DNA of 36,958 nt from NCBI GenBank assembly GCA_000934665.2, contig JYFJ02003845.1, positions 1 to 36,958 of the forward strand, given 5' to 3'. Shown in pieces: positions 31,258-36,958 of the stretch (positions are counted from its first letter, which is position 1; each line of letters starts with the position of its first letter). The position numbers and the translations under genes were made by a program. Below the pieces are notes generated by a model, which was not told the origin of the DNA, made no database searches, and worked only from the letters and a program-made list of their open reading frames with translations. Origin of the DNA: Catajapyx aquilonaris (lineage: Eukaryota).

Positions 31258-34200
31258 AGCTCGCTCTTAGTTAGCCTCACAGCAACACACAAACACCCAC
31301 AAAAGTTCGCTATAGAAACACCCGGAAGTTGATTTTCTGGAGAAAAAGGACGGGAGAGGGGAAAGGGTGTCTGAACTTTTTTTCTTACGAACCGAGGGCG
31401 TATCCCCCAGAGCTAATTCCCAAGTTAATAAATATAACTAGCTTCTATTCCTGTTCAAGGAAGCAATCAAGGCGAATCGTTATCGATTCCGTTCCATCTC
31501 TCCGGAGTCAATTTCGCTAATCACAAAACTGCCCCTCGAAAATTTTCTCATTTTCGTCCTGATTTTTCCGCCCAAATTTCTAAAACTCCGTTGGCCAAAT
31601 TTCAAAAGTTTTTAAGTAAAACTAACTAGCTGGTTGGAAATAGCTATTAGTCCTACCCTAATTTTCAGGCCGATCAATTAACCGGTAATACGACGCCACT
31701 ATTGAATTTCCGCGACACAATCCGATAGTTTCCAGGTACTTGCAACTAATGCATCAACTTTTGGTACCGATACCATAGTTTCAATTTTCCTTCTAAGCAC
31801 ATGTTACACTGTAATTCGTGACATATAGGACACCCGGTATGAAACTGGGTCACCCTTTGAAGCCCGGAAGTTTAGGTACCACATTGTCGTGTTTACATCG
31901 GTCTGACGGTAACGACCCTACCAGGTGCGATAAGGTCCTTGATTACAACTATGTCCCTACCGGTCACAAGGAGGTCACGTCTCTAACATTGCTCACGCCC
32001 GCACAATGCCACACTCGATATTCACAGAAAGTTAAAGGGAAGTTCAGAAGTTTCCAGGTCCGATGCCCGCGACTGACTTGCTCTTCTTCCCAGTTGCCTC
32101 CCAACAAAACCCCAGGCCAAACAAACCCCGGACGCAAGCGCACCGTCGATACCCGAATCTCCCCAACCAGCACACGGTATATGCACCCATTCCGATTAAC
32201 ACCCGGGTTTTTTTTTACATACCTGAAGAGGATAGCAGAGTGGGAGGGGGAAAAAGCAATTTGAAGGAATTTTAAGGACCTGGTACGATCGGAGAATTCG
32301 GGGGCGTAATGAGGCGTATTTCAGAGGCGTGTTTTTGCACCTAGGAATTTTACAGCCAGACACATCAGCTATAATTTCAATGCACCAACAGTTCATAGTA
32401 AATCAAATTTAATTTAATTCGACCAACTCGGTTGAAAGGTCACCCTGTACTACAATAATTCATTCCAAGATTAATCGTGTCGCGTTTTTTTCGAGCCGTG
32501 CACGCATGGTGTTGCCAACAATTAGCTTCCATTATTTATACGGCCATCATGCAGCGTCTTCATTATGCATAGCAGCGTATGTGTTTGTTCTCCAAGAGAT
32601 TCACTTAAACGCACCTATTAATTCATAGCGTAATGGAGCCTGCCGTGTTGACTATGGAAAAAGGAGGAAACTACAGCCTTTCCGTTCATCCATGAAAGCA
32701 CAGCATCACGTTACTGCAAACAATGCCTTTCAGTCCCCAAATGGACTGGACAGAAACTTAATTGCGTGCCACCATTAGTCACAAAAAAAAACTCAAATCA
32801 AAATTCGAGTAACGTGAGTTAAGTGTACCTTGTAATGTGATGTTAGCCACAGGTTACTCCGAAAATAAAATTTGAAAATGGCACCCAATGGTGTCAGCCT
32901 TTGGTTAAGAAGCAGTCAGTTCCAGTCAACCTCTGACACGAAACCCAGCAGCTCCAGGCTTGAAAATTGTGCAAATCCGCAGAAACTTGCGCTGGCTCGG
33001 AACAAAAGTTACCGATTTCCTTCTTCGCTCGACACCTTCGAGCCTGCCTCTACCATCTCCTCGGGCTAATTAGTCCTAACTACTTCCTCACCTGGCCATT
33101 TTTAACTCCCCGCCCAAATTGCACTTGTCACGCCCAGTGACGTCAATTTTGCCACAGAACTTCGTCTCACCATCAAAAAAAAATTTTTTACACTATTGCA
33201 ACGACTTCTTATTGTCTCGAGCTTAATTTCTCAGGTGGAATGGGACGTGTCCGACTGACTAATGAGAATGCAGAGTTTGTTCGACACGAAATGAAATGGA
33301 TGAGCCCTTTTTTGTGTGTGTATACAGTACCTGCAGCACAAAGGGTGACTTATTAAGGTTGCTCAGCGACGCCAACTCCGGTGCGAATTCGCTTTTCCTT
33401 TGGAATAGCATCATATACACTCTCACTAGGTCTCAAAGGAGACAGAAAACATCTACATGTTATTATTAGGCCAGAATTAGAAAGGATAGCGTCATATTAC
33501 ACGGGAGAAAAGGACGTCATCTTAGGCCACCCTATTAATTTACGAGTTGCGAAAATTTATGAACTCAATCTGAGTCGGATATGTAATGTTGCTGTTCAAT
33601 TACAACTCTTACAAGCTGTAAATGCAGGATTTACGCCCTTTTTAGAAACCCCAAGATGGCCGCCGTGTGACTTCAGGCTGAGTTAGGCCTTATTTTACGT
33701 AATAATTTTAGGTAATCCCTGGATACCCGAACACTGTAGCCTTTTCGTGACACCTGGTCACTATTAACAAACTTCGTCCTCTGAATCTCATTAGGTCTCC
33801 CCCCCCTCCTGCAATTAACGCGCGACACATTTGATGGAAGCTTTCAAACATCGCATATATGAATTTTCCTCCCCTACAGTCAACCCCTGTCAAGCCCTGG
33901 GGCCAAACTCAGATCGCATTTCCAGATGCGCTACACGAAAATCATTTGTGTTAGACATCAATTGCACCTGTGTTGCAGGCAGCTCCCCTGGCGATGTTGC
34001 CACTCATCTCTCTTTCGAAATCGATTTTGGCGCCATTTTTCACATTTTGTTAATGCCCGGATTTACCTTGTCACAAGAGCATTACTTAGAAGAAAAATCC
34101 GAAACTTTGTGAATCTTTAAAACATTATGCGAGCAAATCCATTAGTCACTGTGTAACACACTGTAACTTTCTCGACCTGTAACGTATTACCTGGGGCGAT

Positions 34201-36775
34201 CCATTTTTTTTTTGTTCTATCCACTCTGCACTATCCCATTACCAAGAAAAGGGCTGGATCATAATCAGATTGGCCTCATTTTTTCCCTCATTCCCAGGAC
34301 AATTGGGAACGTCGCTTCACGTAAGGAATGTAATTGGAGGCAGTAATCTAGTTACCTGCGATTTTGAGCACATGCAAGGTAGAATTCCCAAAATGCGCAA
34401 TATTTAGATTGAGCCTCTGGAGAAAAAAAAAATCATCTCAGGTATATGAAGACAGATGAGCTCTAACAATGTGGCGCAATATAAATGGATATATTACTGA
34501 CCTCCCGCAATATTAGGCGCCATAATGGTCCAGATAACGACGCAACTTTTTGATTAATAACCGCCATTTTCATCTGATCTTCCACAACATGCTAGTAGAG
34601 CAAAGTTCATCCGTACTCTCCCAGTACCATGTTTCATTTATGATGTTCTATGCCGTATGTGATATCTGGCAGATATTGGACCATAAACGACCACACCATA
34701 AAGTTAGCTCCAGGTCGCTCCAGGAATTGACTTGTCGCCATTAACACACCGGTTATATCTCCGGAATATTCTCCCCCAAACGGTCATATCCCAGAATTGC
34801 CTTTTCCCCTCCTTACTTCAATCTAATTTTCGCAAGAGCAGACAACAGCTCCCAAACCATGCATATCAGACCTTGGTTTGAGGGGACCTCTCTTTCCACA
34901 TGATTCAGAGCGCAAATATGGCCTCGGCAGCCTGAAAAGTCACTATCTAATCAAGACTGACCTGATACCACACGTAACTCCAGTTAATGAAGACGCCCAT
35001 TTTTTTAGTGTCGTAAAATTCTGCTTACAAATGAAACCACATTTTGGCAAGGTCTATTCATCAGTCGCGTTTTAGGTAGGGTTCATCCTACTGCTAACCT
35101 CTACCATTTACTCAACACGCCTCGTTTGAATGGCCTACATAAATATACATACTCTGCCCCTATGAACAGCATCACGCCCCATCTATATGACAGTTCGACT
35201 TGCATTTGATGCAAGGCTGATTACACAAATCGGTAACCGGTTTGCGGAAAGTATCGATTTAGGCCCTGTCGCGGGCCAGGAAATTATATATCCAGACTAT
35301 GGTTTAGATCGCAGGCATAGGGAGGGAAGGGGGTATTAAATGCCAAATCGAAAGGGGGTGATAGTAAATTTCCTAAACGTTCCGGTTCCAATAAGGCGAT
35401 GGCAGTCATTTCCGGAAAAAAAATATGGTGAAAATAAATTTAAGCAGTTCCGGAGTTTTATGTGCAAATGGATTTGCATAATTATATATGCATGATACTG
35501 TGCAGTACGTAGCGGTGGCTGTAACTATTTCCGATCACATGCGATTTAACTGATTTCAAGCCAAATGTCAGCAATTGGATGGGATAACAAGGGACGAATT
35601 CTAATTAAAATACATCTGTTCATAGAATCACTTCTATTGTTGAAATAGCTCTGTATAGGAAGCGATATGTGAAGAAATTTATGCAAGTTAATGAATAAAC
35701 ATCACCCGAGTGAATTTCCTGCACATGAATGATATTTATGCACCTAATAATATTTTTATGCATTTAGTGTATAATATTAGGCAGTAGTTTGTACAAGAGC
35801 AATTTTTGTTAGAAGGCAAACCCAAATATTTTGCTTGGACGGAGCGAAGGGCACACATACGAGTTGCATGAATATGTATCGGCGACCACATTAGCTGTCA
35901 GGACCAACAACGATTTAATAAAATGCAAAACGCTGGGGGAGGAACTAGAGCCAACAGAAACCCTGTGGGCGTCATAATGACAAACAAGGACTGCTGCACC
36001 AGTTCAGATCTGACCTACATATTTTGTTCGCATAAAAAAAATGCAACCACCCGCAACCCATATATGAAGAGACATGTGTCGCGGCGCAATGCACTGTGCA
36101 AACTAGGACATGTGGTCCGTCGTGGGCGGACAGTATTTTGTTCCTTGTCAATCGACCCGGCCAGGTAGGACGATATCAAGTTAATGAAACTGATGAAACC
36201 TGTCTCCGTATATGACAAGGACCGGACTTGTCAAATATATAGTCAACAAACTTTTTCGATGTCACCCAAAAATGGTGGAAAATATGTGACACCCTATACC
36301 TCGAGGTTTCATATCCAGCTATGGTCAAACCTCTTCCGTCGGTTTATATCCAGGTCAATTTGCACTCCATTGTCATCAAGGCTGGACTTCATATCACGGA
36401 TCGATTCTTTCATATGTGCAAGTGATGATTTCTATTAATGCATGGGTTTGACAAGATAATTAATTACTCAACCAGCATTGAATTGTGACGTGCAAATAAT
36501 CAGGGGGCGGTTATTACGCGAATATAGTTCGTCGGTGAAAATTGTTAGGTACACGCACTGTCGTGTAGTTGGCGTGTGGTGTACATTGTCACGGATTGAA
36601 TTGCACGGCGGGTGAGAACTGGCGTCAAATTCAGGCTTCCAAATTTTGCAAAAAATATATATAGTTTGCACTACTCAGGGGGACAAAACTTGTAGAGGAA
36701 AATGGATAAGCTTTCCGCACAGAATTCATGCAAATACTCTTTCAAGTTACATGTGTAGAGTACATCATTACCTTT

Positions 36776-36847
36776 TATTTTGTGTATTGTATATAATTAT
36801 ATTTAGTATATTGTATATAATTATATTTTGTATATTGAATATAAGTA
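36776..36847 (+). repeat. AT-rich 24-bp minisatellite x3
   Basis: tattttgtgtattgtatataatta / tatttagtatattgtatataatta / tattttgtatattgaatataagta. Confidence 0.85.
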
Positions 36848-36958
36848 GTATCCCACGGCATAGTACGGAGCCTCATGGAAAAATTCCGCAGTGTCGCCAC
36901 CGTCTATGCGAGTTTAACATGGGAAAGCGCCACTGCGGCCATTTCTGTAACTAGTAAA

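Noticed and set aside
36300..36430. Minus-strand peptide ...VQIDLDINRRKRFDH resembling the TBC-domain IxxDxxR motif
   Set aside because: Short match followed by a stop and no other TBC motifs; a tBLASTx search would settle it.

Overview
Eukaryotic (arthropod-type) genomic DNA with two spliced protein-coding genes, both on the minus strand. (1) A TRPA-family ion channel most like Painless: 4 coding exons, 2290-6002, about 1168 aa, with an unusually long ankyrin region (about 19 repeats in three stacks) and a His-Ala substitution in the S6 gate motif. (2) A crossveinless-c / DLC1-STARD13-type SAM-RhoGAP-START gene: 16 coding exons, 7738-31223, about 1120 aa, with a 12.7 kb first intron. The first 1.7 kb is repeat-derived: a perfect 238-bp inverted repeat running into the window edge, two degenerate tRNA-Arg-like Pol III heads, and a nested LINE-tail insertion with a 16-bp target-site duplication. 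The introns contain a MITE-like foldback, two long palindromes and a minisatellite. Exon models were built by hand from GT-AG sites and reading phase; no database search was run. I found no clear evidence of a wholly new system. The most novel candidate is the multi-stack ankyrin Painless-like channel.
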